From Candidatus Bathyarchaeota archaeon (GTDB lineage Archaea; Thermoproteota; Bathyarchaeia; Bathyarchaeales; Bathycorpusculaceae), in the NCBI GenBank assembly GCA_009889605.1, contig WUQU01000530.1, forward strand, positions 1-58,173: a stretch of 58,173 bases of DNA. Direction: 5' to 3'. Of this stretch, positions 26,345 to 37,021 are shown piece by piece. A model generated the notes under the pieces. That model was not told the DNA's origin, ran no database searches, and worked only from the letters and a program-made list of their open reading frames with translations. Numbering within the stretch: position 1 is the first letter of the stretch; every line of letters starts with the position of its first letter. The position numbers and the translations under genes are program-made.

Positions 26345-26839
26345 ATGTCAAGAGAATTTCGCCACATACTCAGAATAACAGACACAGACGTAGACGGCAC
26401 CCTAAAAGCACCCTACGCCCTAAGAAAAATTAAGGGAATAAGCATAAACCTAGCAAACGCCATACTCAAAAAAGCCGGAGTAGACCCCCACATAAGAGCA
26501 GGCTTCCTAACAGAAACAGAAGTCACAAAAATAGAAGAAATAATCAAAGACCCTGTAAAATATGGACTGCCAGAATGGCTCCTAAACAGAAGAAAAGACC
26601 TAGAAAACGGGAAAAACACGCACCTAATAAGCGCAGACCTAATCCTAAGAACAAAAATGGACATCGACCAAATGAAAGAACTGAAATCCTGGCGGGGTTA
26701 CAGACACGCTTACGGACTAAAGGTCCGCGGACAAAGAACAAGAACCACTGGAAGAACAGGCAAAGCCCTCGGAGTCAAGAAAAAGGCTGTTGCAAAGCCT
26801 GGAGGCGGCGGTGGCGGAGGCGGCGGGGGAGGCAAATAG
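26345..26839 (+). CDS. rps13: 30S ribosomal protein uS13 with C-terminal poly-Gly tail
   Basis: FRHILRITDTDVDG...WRGYRHAYGLKVRGQRTRTTGR. Ends in G11-K. Confidence 0.95.
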   Translation: MSREFRHILRITDTDVDGTLKAPYALRKIKGISINLANAILKKAGVDPHIRAGFLTETEVTKIEEIIKDPVKYGLPEWLLNRRKDLENGKNTHLISADLILRTKMDIDQMKELKSWRGYRHAYGLKVRGQRTRTTGRTGKALGVKKKAVAKPGGGGGGGGGGGK

Positions 26840-26841
26840 CC

Positions 26842-27408
26842 ATGGGCGATCCTAAAAGACAAAGAAAGAAGTATGAAACCCCAAGATTTCCATGGCGCAC
26901 AGACATCCTACAGGAAGAGCTTAAACTTTTAGGCCAGTACGGCTTAAGAAACAAACGGGAATTGTGGCGCCACAAAACAATGCTTTCCGAATTCCGAGGA
27001 ACAGCCCGCGAGCTTATTGGAAAACCGCCTGAAGAAAGAAGAAAAATGGAAGAGGAACTTCTAAACCGTTTAAAGAAGCTTGGCATAATACGGGAAACAG
27101 CAGTTTTAGACGACGTTCTAGACTTAACAGTTGAAGATGTCTTAGAACGTAGACTCCAAACAATAGTGTTCCGCAAAGGATTAGCTAAGTCAATCCACCA
27201 AGCTAGACAGCTTATAACCCACGGCCACATAATTATAGGAAAACAAAGAGTAACCGTTCCAAGTTATTTGGTTGCAAGAGAAGAAGAAGACCAAATAGCC
27301 TACGCGCCGGAAAGCCCACTTGCAAACCCAAGTCACCCCCTGCGCCAGATTATAACCGTACCAGCCTCAACTGAAAAGAAGACGGAAAAAACAAGGGGAG
27401 AAAGATAA
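26842..27408 (+). CDS. rps4: 30S ribosomal protein uS4
   Basis: [18 protein letters not shown]...[33 protein letters not shown] is 2 nt after the rps13 stop. Confidence 0.95.
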   Translation: MGDPKRQRKKYETPRFPWRTDILQEELKLLGQYGLRNKRELWRHKTMLSEFRGTARELIGKPPEERRKMEEELLNRLKKLGIIRETAVLDDVLDLTVEDVLERRLQTIVFRKGLAKSIHQARQLITHGHIIIGKQRVTVPSYLVAREEEDQIAYAPESPLANPSHPLRQIITVPASTEKKTEKTRGER

Positions 27409-27409
27409 A

Positions 27410-27826
27410 ATGAGCAGCGGAAGCAGTGCAACATCCAAGAAAAGTGAAAAATGGGGAGTAGCCCACATCTACAGCTCCTACAACAACACTTTGGTTCACA
27501 TAACAGACCTTTCAGGCGCCGAAACAATAGCCAGAACATCAGGCGGAATGTTTGTAAAAGCCGACAGAATGGAATCCTCGCCATACGCAGCCATGCGCGC
27601 AGCCTCAGCAGCAGCCGAAATCGCCAAAGACAAAGGAATAACAGCCATACACATCAAAGTACGCGCCCCAGGAGGCGCAGGCCCAAGAACCCCTGGACCG
27701 GGAGCCCAAGCGGCCATAAGAGCCTTGGCAAGAGCTGGCTTCCGCATAGGCCGAATCGAAGAAGTTACACCTATTCCCCACGACGGCACACGAAGACCCG
27801 GCGGCAGAAGGGGAAGAAGAGTTTAA
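27410..27826 (+). CDS. rps11: 30S ribosomal protein uS11
   Basis: [19 protein letters not shown]...SSPYAAM...[31 protein letters not shown]. Confidence 0.95.
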   Translation: MSSGSSATSKKSEKWGVAHIYSSYNNTLVHITDLSGAETIARTSGGMFVKADRMESSPYAAMRAASAAAEIAKDKGITAIHIKVRAPGGAGPRTPGPGAQAAIRALARAGFRIGRIEEVTPIPHDGTRRPGGRRGRRV

Positions 27827-27930
27827 ACCCTTTTATTTCCGCTTATTCTATAGAAAAATTGAAATAATGCACTAATATTCTATTCCACGGCACTGCAGTT
27901 AATTCATCCTATTGTGGAGTGTCCGTGTAA

Positions 27931-28755
27931 GTGGAAATAAAAGTGCTTGAAAAAGACGATAAAAATATGCGTTTGCTCATAAGGGGAGTTGACACACCAT
28001 TTGTTAACGCTTTAAGAAGAAATGTCCTTGCAGAAGTCCCGTGCATGGCCATAGACGAGGTGGTAATTATTGAAAATTCTTCTGTGCTTCACGACGAAAT
28101 AATCGCGCATAGGCTTGGGCTTATCCCCTTAAAAACAGACTTGGACGGTTACAATCTGCCTGAAGAATGCCCATGCCAAAGCGAGTTCGGATGCAACCTC
28201 TGCAGGGTTACGCTTACGCTTGACCAGGAAGCAGAGGAAGGAACGATAACGGTTTATTCAGGCGAGCTCATTTCAGAAAACCCGAACATAGTGCCACTCA
28301 GCGACAAAATCCCCATAATAAAGCTTACAAAAGGGCAAAAGTTGAAGCTTGAAGCCTACGCGAGACTTGGAAAAGGGAAAAAACATGCAAAATGGCAACC
28401 AGCATCCACAAGCGCCTACAAATATTTGCCCCAAGTGAAAATAGATGCGGCGCGCTGCGACGCTTGCGGAAAATGCGTGGAAATCTGCCCCAGAAAAGTT
28501 TTGGAAAAAACCGAAGGCAAAATAGAAGTTAGAGATTTGCTGGCGTGCACCCTCTGCCAAGACTGCACAGATGTTTGCCCAAAAGAACCCCCAGCAATAG
28601 ACATAGGATGGGAGAAAAACGCCTTCATATTCAGTTTAGAATCGACTGGCGCGCTTCCTCCAGAAAGAATAATGATTGAAGCTGTGAAAATTTTAGACAA
28701 AGAACTTGAAGAGTTCGCAAAACAATTTGAGGTGGAAAAACTTGAAAAAAGCTGA
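27931..28755 (+). CDS. rpoD: DNA-directed RNA polymerase subunit D (Rpo3) with ferredoxin-like 4Fe-4S insert
   Basis: FVNALRR..L.EVP, LGLIPL, and Cys motifs CDACGKCVEICP and CTLCQDCTDVCP. GTG start. Confidence 0.92.
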   Translation: MEIKVLEKDDKNMRLLIRGVDTPFVNALRRNVLAEVPCMAIDEVVIIENSSVLHDEIIAHRLGLIPLKTDLDGYNLPEECPCQSEFGCNLCRVTLTLDQEAEEGTITVYSGELISENPNIVPLSDKIPIIKLTKGQKLKLEAYARLGKGKKHAKWQPASTSAYKYLPQVKIDAARCDACGKCVEICPRKVLEKTEGKIEVRDLLACTLCQDCTDVCPKEPPAIDIGWEKNAFIFSLESTGALPPERIMIEAVKILDKELEEFAKQFEVEKLEKS

Positions 28756-29104
28756 AACCACAAACCCTCAGCTTATTGAACTTATCAACTTTCTGAAAAA
28801 ACACAGCAGAGAAAGCAAGGCTGAAATATGGGAAAGCATAGCCGAAAGTTTAGAAAAACCCAGAAGAAAGCGAATAGTTGTAAACATAAGCCGACTAAAC
28901 AGGTTCACAGAGAAAAACGACGTGGTAGCTGTTCCGGGAAAAGTTTTAGGCGCCGGAGAAATAAACCATCCAATAACCGTGGCAGCCTTCACTTTTTCCG
29001 AAAAAGCCAAAGAGAAAATAACAAAAGCAAAGGGAAAATGCCTACCACTATCGGAACTTGCAAAGAAAAACCCTAAGGGTTCAAACATCAAAATAATAGG
29101 GTGA
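28742..29104 (+). CDS. rpl18e: 50S ribosomal protein eL18 (L18e)
   Basis: TNPQLIELINFLKK...RRKRIVVNISRLNRF...VAVPGKVLGAG. Start uncertain (TTG 28742 or ATG 28706). Confidence 0.9.
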   Translation: MKKAETTNPQLIELINFLKKHSRESKAEIWESIAESLEKPRRKRIVVNISRLNRFTEKNDVVAVPGKVLGAGEINHPITVAAFTFSEKAKEKITKAKGKCLPLSELAKKNPKGSNIKIIG

Positions 29105-29108
29105 AAAA

Positions 29109-29549
29109 ATGCAGACAAAAAACATTGAAGAAACAGTCATAAACGCTGAAGGCCTTATCCTTGGAAGAATGGCAAGTGCAATCGCCAAACGCCTATTGAA
29201 AGGCGAAAAAATAGCGGTTGTAAACGCGGAAAAAGCGGTAATCTCCGGCAAAAAGAAAAGCAAAATTGCGGAGGCAAAAGAGTTCCTTGAAGTAGGCTAC
29301 CCTGGAAAAGGCCCCATCCACTACAAAAGGCCCGACAGAATCCTCAGAAGAACCGTTAGAGGCATGTTACCATATAAACAGCCAAAAGGCAAACAAGCCT
29401 ATAAGAGACTTAAGGTTTTCATAGGCATACCAGACGAGCTAAAAGGCGCGAAGATGGAAACCATAGAAGAGGCCCAAGCTAAAAAATTGACTTGCTCATA
29501 TTTCACGGTAGGTGAATTCGCTAAAGAAATCGGATGGAGTGGTGAATAG
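29109..29549 (+). CDS. rpl13: 50S ribosomal protein uL13
   Basis: [38 protein letters not shown]; position in the operon. Confidence 0.95.
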   Translation: MQTKNIEETVINAEGLILGRMASAIAKRLLKGEKIAVVNAEKAVISGKKKSKIAEAKEFLEVGYPGKGPIHYKRPDRILRRTVRGMLPYKQPKGKQAYKRLKVFIGIPDELKGAKMETIEEAQAKKLTCSYFTVGEFAKEIGWSGE

Positions 29550-29551
29550 TT

Positions 29552-29962
29552 ATGACTGCAAAAAAGATTTTAGTTGTAAGCGGAAAAAGAAAAACAGCCG
29601 TGGCGCGGGCCGTTGTCAAGCCTGGAATGGGAAGGATACGAGTTAACGCTGTTCCTTTAGAGATTTACGAGCCTGAAGTGGCACGTGAAAAAATAATGGA
29701 GCCCCTCCTACAAGCTGGAGAGGAAGTTTGGAAAGAGTTAGACATAGACGTTAAAGTTTCAGGAGGAGGCTACATGGGACAAGCAGAAGCCGCCAGAATG
29801 GCCATTGCAAACGCTTTGCTGAAATGGACGAAAAGCACACCGTTACGCGAAGCCTTTGTTGAATATGACAGGACTATGGTTGTAGGAGACCCACGGAGGA
29901 AAGAGCCTAAAAAGTTTGGAGGCCCAGGAGCAAGGGCAAAGGACCAGAAAAGCTACAGGTAA
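29552..29962 (+). CDS. rps9: 30S ribosomal protein uS9
   Basis: [21 protein letters not shown]...[19 protein letters not shown]...[21 protein letters not shown]. Confidence 0.95.
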   Translation: MTAKKILVVSGKRKTAVARAVVKPGMGRIRVNAVPLEIYEPEVAREKIMEPLLQAGEEVWKELDIDVKVSGGGYMGQAEAARMAIANALLKWTKSTPLREAFVEYDRTMVVGDPRRKEPKKFGGPGARAKDQKSYR

Positions 29963-29979
29963 GGAGAGTTTGAGTTAAA

Positions 29980-30219
29980 GTGATTATACCAGTAAGATGT
30001 TTCACCTGCGGCAAGTTGATTGGAGACAAATGGGAAGAGTTTGCAAGAAGAGTGGAAACAGGAGAAAACCCAAGCGATGTTTTGGACAGTTTAGGAATTA
30101 AAAGATACTGTTGCCGCCGCATGATCTTATCCCACGTTGAAATCATAGATGAAGTTTTACGCTTCTACGAAGAAGCTGAAAAAAGAAAAGAAGCTAGAAA
30201 CTATTATTACCAGCCTTAA
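29980..30219 (+). CDS. rpoN: DNA-directed RNA polymerase subunit N (Rpo10)
   Basis: [21 protein letters not shown]...[15 protein letters not shown]. About 15 aa of C-terminal extension. Confidence 0.92.
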   Translation: MIIPVRCFTCGKLIGDKWEEFARRVETGENPSDVLDSLGIKRYCCRRMILSHVEIIDEVLRFYEEAEKRKEARNYYYQP

Positions 30220-30237
30220 GATGGAGAAAGCCTTCAC

Positions 30238-31491
30238 ATGTCAACAGTTATTGAGGATATGATTGCGAGAAAAGTCTTCAACAGCCGCGGAGACGAAACC
30301 ATAGAAGTTGACGTGATTACCTCTTCAGGTTTTGGAAGGGCCTCCGCCCCAGCTGGGAAAAGCCGTGGAAAAGCCGAAGTAGTTTATTACCCACATGGCG
30401 GGGTTGACGAAGCCATAAAAAAATTTGAAGAACTCATAGCTCCGGAGCTTATAGGGTTAAACGCCGACTTCCAAGAGGAAATTGACAAGGCGCTCCATGA
30501 AATAGACAACACAACAGATTTTAGGGTTATAGGCGGAAACACCGCCTTCGCCATCTCTGTTGCAAACGCGGAAGCCGCGGCAAACTCTTACGGTTTACCC
30601 CTCTTCCAGTATTTAGGCGGCTACGCAGCCCACGAGCTCCCATACCCTTTAGGAAACGTTATCAGCGGGGGAAAACACACACATGGAAAGTCTCCGGACA
30701 TACAGGAGTTTCTAGCCCTTCCCTACGAGGCTGACTCTTTTCTGGAAGCCGCAGCCGCCAACATCAAAATTCATAAAAAAGTTAAAGACGCGTTAAAGAA
30801 GAAGGATAAGCTTTTCAACGGTGGAAAAAGCGACGAAGGCGCATGGACTGCAAACCTCACAGACACTGAAGCTTTAGAAATCATGGCCAACGCATGCGAA
30901 GAAGTAAGCAACGAAGTTGGCTTCAAATGCGGCTTAGGAGTTGATGTAGCTTCATCCTCATTATGGAACACTGAAAAGGAAAAATACGTGTACCAAAGAG
31001 AAGGAAAAGAGTTAGAATCTGGAGAACAGCTGGAATTTATTAAACAAATAATTGAAAAATACCATTTAGTTTATGTTGAGGACCCTTTCCACGAAGAAGA
31101 TTACGAAAGTTTTGCAGAACTAACTAGGAAAGTTAAAAACTGTCTCATCTGCGGAGACGACATCTTCGTCACAAACACTGAAAGACTGGCTCAAGGAATC
31201 AAAATGCAGGCAGCCAACGCCATAATAATTAAGCTTAACCAGGTGGGCACTTTGACAGACGCTTTAGAAACCATCGAAGCCGCGAAAAGAGCTGGCTATA
31301 TACCAGTTATTTCTCACCGTTCGGGAGACACTTGCGACTGGCATATAGCCCACTTGGCTGTAGCCTTCAAATGCCCAATTATAAAGACTGGTGTGGTTGA
31401 AGGAGCACGAATAGCTAAAATAAACGAGTTGTTAAGGATTGAGGAGTTCTTGGGAGACAGAGCTAAAATGGCCGAGTTACAAATTCTTTAA
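30238..31491 (+). CDS. eno: Enolase
   Basis: [24 protein letters not shown] and SHRSGDT motifs; 417 aa. Confidence 0.95.
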   Translation: MSTVIEDMIARKVFNSRGDETIEVDVITSSGFGRASAPAGKSRGKAEVVYYPHGGVDEAIKKFEELIAPELIGLNADFQEEIDKALHEIDNTTDFRVIGGNTAFAISVANAEAAANSYGLPLFQYLGGYAAHELPYPLGNVISGGKHTHGKSPDIQEFLALPYEADSFLEAAAANIKIHKKVKDALKKKDKLFNGGKSDEGAWTANLTDTEALEIMANACEEVSNEVGFKCGLGVDVASSSLWNTEKEKYVYQREGKELESGEQLEFIKQIIEKYHLVYVEDPFHEEDYESFAELTRKVKNCLICGDDIFVTNTERLAQGIKMQAANAIIIKLNQVGTLTDALETIEAAKRAGYIPVISHRSGDTCDWHIAHLAVAFKCPIIKTGVVEGARIAKINELLRIEEFLGDRAKMAELQIL

Positions 31492-31505
31492 GAGGAGATG
31501 GAAAG

Positions 31506-32183
31506 TTGTCTGAAAATGAAGATGTTAAAAAGGAAAAGTTTGAAGAAGAAACAAACGTAAGCGCTGAAGAAGAACTTTTACTTCCGCGGGACACCCTATT
31601 ATCAGCGGGAATACATATTGGAACAAGAATGAAAACAAAGGACATGGAACAGTTCATATACCGTGTTAGACCAGACGGCCTATTCGTTTTAGACGTTAAA
31701 AAAACAGATGAACGCATAAGAATAGCTGCCAAATTCCTAGCAAGATTTGAGCCTTCAAGAGTGGCTGCTACAGCCGCAAGACTTTACGCCCATGAACCCG
31801 TCAAAAAATTCTGCGAAGTTACAGGCGCAACACCCATAGTGGGACGCTTTGTTCCAGGACTATTGTCAAACCCGCTTTATCCAAACCGCATTGAACCAAA
31901 CGTTTTAATAGTGTCTGACCCTAGGGCGGACGCCCAGGCAGTGAAGGAAGCTGCGTCCGTAGGTATTCCAGTGGTAGCCCTCTGCAGCACTGACAACGAC
32001 TTTTCAGGAGTAGACCTAGCCATTCCCACAAACAACAAGGGCAGAAGAGCCCTAGCGGTTATTTACTGGCTTCTAGCAAGACAAATCCTCAGAGAAAGAG
32101 GGGAACTGCCGCCAGACAAGGATTTGCCGTTAACCGTGGAGGATTTCGAAGCTAAAATCTCCAAGGAAGAGGAGGAAAGCTAG
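31506..32183 (+). CDS. rps2: 30S ribosomal protein uS2
   Basis: [42 protein letters not shown]...[12 protein letters not shown]...[10 protein letters not shown]. Confidence 0.95.
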   Translation: MSENEDVKKEKFEEETNVSAEEELLLPRDTLLSAGIHIGTRMKTKDMEQFIYRVRPDGLFVLDVKKTDERIRIAAKFLARFEPSRVAATAARLYAHEPVKKFCEVTGATPIVGRFVPGLLSNPLYPNRIEPNVLIVSDPRADAQAVKEAASVGIPVVALCSTDNDFSGVDLAIPTNNKGRRALAVIYWLLARQILRERGELPPDKDLPLTVEDFEAKISKEEEES

Positions 32184-32188
32184 TATTA

Positions 32189-33040
32189 ATGGCGAAGATT
32201 CGGCTTCCAAGTCAAGCCGGAGCCTTCTACGCTGGGAAAGCCGAATCGTTGAAGAAACAAATTGAACAATGTTTTTTACATGTTCTTGGTCCCGGTGAAA
32301 TTCCCAAAGTTGTCGAGGACGGCCCAAGGCGTATAGTGGGTCTTGTTTGTCCCCATGCAGGTTACATGTATTCCGGCCCGGTTGCAGCCCATGCCTACTA
32401 TAATTTGGCTTTGGATGGCAAGCCGGATCTTGTGATCCTTTTTGGTCCAAACCATACGGGTTATGGGAGCGCTTTGGCGGTTATGAATGAAGGTTTTTGG
32501 CGCACCCCTCTTGGCGATGTGGAAGTTGACGGAGAAGCCGCCAACAAAATTGTTAAGGGATCCCGCATTGTTGACGTTGATTATTTAGCTCACCGTTACG
32601 AGCATTCCATAGAGGTTCAGCTTCCATTTTTGCAGTATCTTTTCGGTTCAAGTTTTAAGATTGTGCCTATATGCTTTCTAATGCAGGACTTGTATTCAGC
32701 CAGAGAAGTTGGACACGCCGTGGCCGAAGCTTTACATGGAAAAAACGCTGTAATAATTGCTTCTTCAGACATGAGCCACTATGAACCGCAGAGAACCGCA
32801 GAAAAGAAAGACCGGTTGGCGCTTCAAGCCATCGAAGCCATGGATGAAGAGAAATTTTATTCTGTTATTGAAGAGTATCAAGTTACCGCATGTGGTTACG
32901 GTCCCATAATCGCTTTAACCACAGCTGCAAAAATTTTGGGAGCTAAAGAGGCAAAGTTATTAAGTTACAAAACCAGTGGAGATGTTATTGGCGACTACTC
33001 AAGTGTGGTTGGGTACGCCGCCGTGCAATTCACAAAATAG
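32189..33040 (+). CDS. MEMO1-family protein (AmmeMemoRadiSam system protein B-like)
   Basis: AGAFYAG, CPHAGYMYSGPVAAHAY, GPNHTG and SSDMSHY motifs. Confidence 0.85.
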   Translation: MAKIRLPSQAGAFYAGKAESLKKQIEQCFLHVLGPGEIPKVVEDGPRRIVGLVCPHAGYMYSGPVAAHAYYNLALDGKPDLVILFGPNHTGYGSALAVMNEGFWRTPLGDVEVDGEAANKIVKGSRIVDVDYLAHRYEHSIEVQLPFLQYLFGSSFKIVPICFLMQDLYSAREVGHAVAEALHGKNAVIIASSDMSHYEPQRTAEKKDRLALQAIEAMDEEKFYSVIEEYQVTACGYGPIIALTTAAKILGAKEAKLLSYKTSGDVIGDYSSVVGYAAVQFTK

Positions 33041-33049
33041 TGGTTTAGA

Positions 33050-34033
33050 ATGGGGGTAGTTGCCTCAGCTCCCGCGAAAATCATACTTTTCGGAGAACAC
33101 TTTGTCGTTTACGGTGAACCAGCAATCGTTTTAGCCATAGACAAAAGAGCCTATGCAAAAGCAGAACTGCGCAACGACAAAAAACTTTTCATTCGCTCAT
33201 CAAACCTTAACATCGCAGGAATTTTTGAAAACGGAAACTTTAAAGTTGAAGAGGGAAACCCAAAAGAAGCAAAAATGAGGCTTGAACCGTTAAAATGCGC
33301 AGCGGAAAAAGTTTTAGAAATTTCAGGAGAAAAAGTCGGCTTAAACATTGAAGTCAGTTCCACGGTGCCCGTCGCCGCCGGATTGGGTTCCTCAGCAGCC
33401 GTAGCCTCGGCGGTGGCAGCATCCGTCGGCGCCCTCTTAAATGTTAAGATGACAAAGGAAGATGTTTTTCGCATAGCCTTCGAAGCTGAAAAGATCATGC
33501 ACGGCACCCCTTCAGGAGTAGACCCTGCAATATCGACTTTTGGCGGAACATTACTGTTCCAGATGGATACAGGGTTTAAACCTCTTGACGTTAAAGTGGA
33601 CATCCCCCTTGTTATTGGCAACACTGGTGTTGAAAGGCTAACTCGTGTTCAAGTTTCAAAGGTGAGAAGCGTTAGGGATAAGCACCCTCAGATTTTTGAA
33701 GCGATACTGCGGACAGCCCGTGAAATAGTTTTGAGAGCCATAGAAGCCCTAATAGAAGGCGACTTAGAAACTCTTGGCGAGTTGATGAACTTCAACCATG
33801 CACTGCTTTACGGGTTAAGCGTTTCAGATGAATCCTTAGAGTGGCTTATAAACTCCGCGCGGAAAGCTGGGGCATTGGGGGCAAAACTAACGGGTGCAGG
33901 AGGCGGCGGATGTATGATAGCCCTGACAGACAAGGATAAACTTGAAAAGGTTTTAGAGGCTGTTCAAAGGTCTGGAGGAAACGCTTTCATAGCAAGAAAA
34001 ACAGATGAGGGAGTTAGAGTTGAGCCAAGCTAG
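33050..34033 (+). CDS. mvk: Mevalonate kinase
   Basis: APAKIILFGEHFVVYGEPAI, GHMP motif GLGSSAAVASAVA, and KLTGAGGGGCMIAL. Confidence 0.93.
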   Translation: MGVVASAPAKIILFGEHFVVYGEPAIVLAIDKRAYAKAELRNDKKLFIRSSNLNIAGIFENGNFKVEEGNPKEAKMRLEPLKCAAEKVLEISGEKVGLNIEVSSTVPVAAGLGSSAAVASAVAASVGALLNVKMTKEDVFRIAFEAEKIMHGTPSGVDPAISTFGGTLLFQMDTGFKPLDVKVDIPLVIGNTGVERLTRVQVSKVRSVRDKHPQIFEAILRTAREIVLRAIEALIEGDLETLGELMNFNHALLYGLSVSDESLEWLINSARKAGALGAKLTGAGGGGCMIALTDKDKLEKVLEAVQRSGGNAFIARKTDEGVRVEPS

Positions 34034-34820
34034 ACCAACAATTTTGAAAATAGGCGGCTCAGTTATTACAGACAAAAACACGGAACTTGGAGTACAAATG
34101 GAGGTTATAACTCGCATAGCCGACGAGCTGCAAGAGGCAAACCCAAGAAATTTAATAATAGTCCATGGAGGAGGAAGCTTCGGCCACCCAGTAGCCCAGA
34201 AACATGCAATAAAAGAAGGCTTCAAAGAGGAACAACAAATAATAGGTTTTGCTGAAACCCACCATGTTATGACTGTGCTTAACGGCATATTTATGGACGC
34301 TTTAATATGGCGGGGCATACCAGCAGTAAGCATTACCCCTTCCTCATGTGCAATGACACGTAATGGAAGAATCCAATGCTTTGAGGATTCGCCCATTAAA
34401 CAGCTATTAAAAATGGGTTTCATCCCAGTCCTCTACGGGGACGCCGTATTCGACACTGAACTGGGCTTCACAATCCTTTCGGGAGATCAACTCGTTTCAT
34501 TTCTCGCCATGCGATTCAACGCAAAAAACATCTTGATAGGCGTAGATGTGGACGGTTTATACAATGCAGACCCGAAAGACAACCCAGAAGCCAAAATGTT
34601 CGACCGTTTAACATTGGAAGAGCTGAAAAAAGTTAAGGGATTCTTCGGCGGCTCAAGTGCATGCGACGTGACCGGCGGCATGGCCAACAAAATATCTGAA
34701 CTCATACCTGCGGTGGAACAAGGAATCCCAGCACTTGTTTTCAACGCAACTAAGCCAAAATATATTTACAAAGTCCTTAAAGGAGATAAAGTGAAGGGCA
34801 CGTTAATAGAAAAGGAATAG
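34005..34820 (+). CDS. Isopentenyl phosphate kinase (amino-acid-kinase fold)
   Basis: ILKIGGSVITDK, VHGGGSFGHP and GDAVFD motifs. Located between mvk and the IPP isomerase gene. Confidence 0.88.
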   Translation: MRELELSQARPTILKIGGSVITDKNTELGVQMEVITRIADELQEANPRNLIIVHGGGSFGHPVAQKHAIKEGFKEEQQIIGFAETHHVMTVLNGIFMDALIWRGIPAVSITPSSCAMTRNGRIQCFEDSPIKQLLKMGFIPVLYGDAVFDTELGFTILSGDQLVSFLAMRFNAKNILIGVDVDGLYNADPKDNPEAKMFDRLTLEELKKVKGFFGGSSACDVTGGMANKISELIPAVEQGIPALVFNATKPKYIYKVLKGDKVKGTLIEKE

Positions 34821-34826
34821 GTTGAA

Positions 34827-35930
34827 TTGGCTGAAAAAACAAAAAAACGTAAAGCCGATCACATCCGAATAGCCACAACCTATAATGTGCAAGCGAAAAA
34901 AGTCACAACGGGTTTTGAAGACGTTTATTTTGTCCATAAAGCTTTGCCGGAAATCGACAAAGACAAGATAGACTTATCCACCACGGTGTTTAACCACAAG
35001 TTTTCTGCACCCATAATAGTTAGCGCCATAACTGGAGGAACAACAGAAGCCAAAAAAATTAACGCCACCATAGCCAAGGTGGTTGAAGAATTAGGGTTAG
35101 GTATGGGTGTTGGAAGCCAAAGAGCAGCCTTAGAAGACAGAAGACTTGAGAAAACGTTTTCCATAGTTAGGAAGAAGGCGCCAACAGCCTTTCTAATAGC
35201 CAACATCGGCGGCGTTCAACTTGCCAGAGGCTACGCCATAAAAGAGGCAAGAAAAGCTGTGGAAATGATCGACGCAGATGCTTTGGCAATACACTTGAAC
35301 CCCCTTCAAGAAGCCATCCAACCCGAAGGCGAAACAAGCTTCAAAGGAGTTCTGGAAAAAATAGGGGAAGTTGCAAAAGAAATCGACAAGCCAGTCATAG
35401 TAAAGGAAACAGGAGCTGGAATAGCCTCTGAAGAAGCAAAAAGGCTTGAAGCGGTGGGCGTAAAAGGCATAGACGTAAGCGGCGTCGGTGGTACAAGCTT
35501 CGCCGCAGTGGAGTATTTCCGCGCCAAAAACAGTATAAACACTTTTCAACGCAAGTTGGGCGAAACCTTCTGGGATTGGGGGATACCAACGGCGATAAGC
35601 ATAGTGGAAGTTGTCCAAACAGTGCAGATTCCAATTATAGCCTCTGGAGGAATACGTAACGGTTTAGATGCAGCTAAAGCTTTGGCTTTAGGGGCAAGCC
35701 TCGTAAGCCTCGCACAGCCAGTTCTGCAAGCTGCAGTTAAAGGTGCAAAAGAAAACGAAAAAATTTTAAGAGTATTAATTGAAGAGCTGAAAAATAGCAT
35801 GTTTTTGGTTGGAGCTGAAAACCCGCAAAAACTGCATAAAACTCCCATTGTTATAATGGGTAAAACGGCAGAATGGCTGAAGACAAGAGGTTTTCTCATA
35901 GAAAGTTACGCTAGGAGAGACGAGCTTTGA
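34827..35930 (+). CDS. fni: Type 2 (FMN-dependent) isopentenyl-diphosphate delta-isomerase
   Basis: KRKADHIRI, AITGGT, VKETGAGI and SGGIRNGLDAAKALALGA motifs. Confidence 0.93.
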   Translation: MAEKTKKRKADHIRIATTYNVQAKKVTTGFEDVYFVHKALPEIDKDKIDLSTTVFNHKFSAPIIVSAITGGTTEAKKINATIAKVVEELGLGMGVGSQRAALEDRRLEKTFSIVRKKAPTAFLIANIGGVQLARGYAIKEARKAVEMIDADALAIHLNPLQEAIQPEGETSFKGVLEKIGEVAKEIDKPVIVKETGAGIASEEAKRLEAVGVKGIDVSGVGGTSFAAVEYFRAKNSINTFQRKLGETFWDWGIPTAISIVEVVQTVQIPIIASGGIRNGLDAAKALALGASLVSLAQPVLQAAVKGAKENEKILRVLIEELKNSMFLVGAENPQKLHKTPIVIMGKTAEWLKTRGFLIESYARRDEL

Positions 35931-37003
35931 GCCTAGATATTGAACGTTTTCTAGAAGAGAAAGCTCCCATCATAAATAGGGCTATTGAAAAGTATATTCC
36001 CAGAATTTTTTCCAAAGAAGCAGTCGTCTTCAAGGTTAACCCGCCAAGATATGCATACAACATAGACGCTTTAAACAAGGCCGTAGCCGAACCTATATGG
36101 GAGTTCCTAGACAGAGGCGGCAAGAGATGGCGCCCAACCCTATTTCTATTAATATGCGAAGCCCTTGAAAAAAACCCTGAAGACTATGTAGACTACGCTA
36201 TAATTCCAGAAGTCGTCCACAACGGAACCATAATGATAGACGACATAGAAGACGCCTCGGAACTCCGAAGGGGAAAACCATGCACCTACAAAATTTACGG
36301 TTTAGACGTAGCCGTAAACGCTGGAAACACCATGTACTATCTGCCCCTTCTACCGCTTATGGAAAACCGGGAGAAAATAGGCACTGAAAAACTTGCAAGA
36401 ATATATGAGATTTATGTGCAGGAAATGATAAGCCTAAGCCTAGGCCAAGCCATGGACATAGCATGGCACAGGGGTATGGCAGACGCTGATGAAATAGACG
36501 AGAAAGCCTATTTGCAAATGTGCGCCTACAAAACCGGAACCTTGGCGAGGATGGCTGCAAAAATTGCCGCTGTGCTTGCGGACGCAAGCGACGAACTTGT
36601 GGAAAAACTTGGACGCTTCGCGGAAAGCATAGGAGTGGCCTTCCAAATACAGGACGACATCCTCGACTTGACAAGCGAAGAGTTTGCGGAAAAGAAGGGA
36701 GGCCGCGGACAAGACATAACGGAGGGAAAAAGAACTCTGATGGTTATTCACGCTTTAAAGGCTTCAAACGCCAAAGATAGGAAAAGGCTTATTGAAATTC
36801 TTAAGATGCACACTCAAGACCAAAAGTTAAGGGATGAAGCCATAGCAATAATGCAAAAATGCGGCGCAATTGAGTATGCCAAAAATTTTGCGCGGAAAAT
36901 TGTGAAGGAAAGCTGGAAAGATGCGGAAGCGCTTCTTCCAGAGTCAGAAGCAAGGGAAAAGTTAAACGCTTTCGCCCAGTTTCTTATTGAGAGAAAAATC
37001 TAA
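35927..37003 (+). CDS. idsA: Polyprenyl (geranylgeranyl) diphosphate synthase
   Basis: First Asp-rich motif MIDDIEDASELRRGKP and second FQIQDDILD. 4-nt overlap with fni. Confidence 0.9.
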   Translation: MSLDIERFLEEKAPIINRAIEKYIPRIFSKEAVVFKVNPPRYAYNIDALNKAVAEPIWEFLDRGGKRWRPTLFLLICEALEKNPEDYVDYAIIPEVVHNGTIMIDDIEDASELRRGKPCTYKIYGLDVAVNAGNTMYYLPLLPLMENREKIGTEKLARIYEIYVQEMISLSLGQAMDIAWHRGMADADEIDEKAYLQMCAYKTGTLARMAAKIAAVLADASDELVEKLGRFAESIGVAFQIQDDILDLTSEEFAEKKGGRGQDITEGKRTLMVIHALKASNAKDRKRLIEILKMHTQDQKLRDEAIAIMQKCGAIEYAKNFARKIVKESWKDAEALLPESEAREKLNAFAQFLIERKI

Positions 37004-37021
37004 AAGCCGTGTGACTAAACC

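Noticed and set aside
26575-26841. Arg/Lys-rich N-terminal extension of the rps4 ORF in the six-frame track (MAPKQKKRPRKREKH...)
   Set aside because: It lies in an alternative frame over the 3' half of rps13. The canonical uS4 N-terminus [18 protein letters not shown] starts at ATG 26842, right after the rps13 stop.
27451-27867. 138-aa highly basic alternative-frame ORF overlapping rps11
   Set aside because: It is a shadow ORF inside a clearly identified uS11 gene, with low-complexity R/S/N-rich translation and no independent start signals.
30220-30237. Missing rpoK between rpoN and eno
   Set aside because: Only 18 nt separate the two genes, so nothing is hidden here. rpoK may simply be encoded elsewhere, since synteny at this point varies among archaea.
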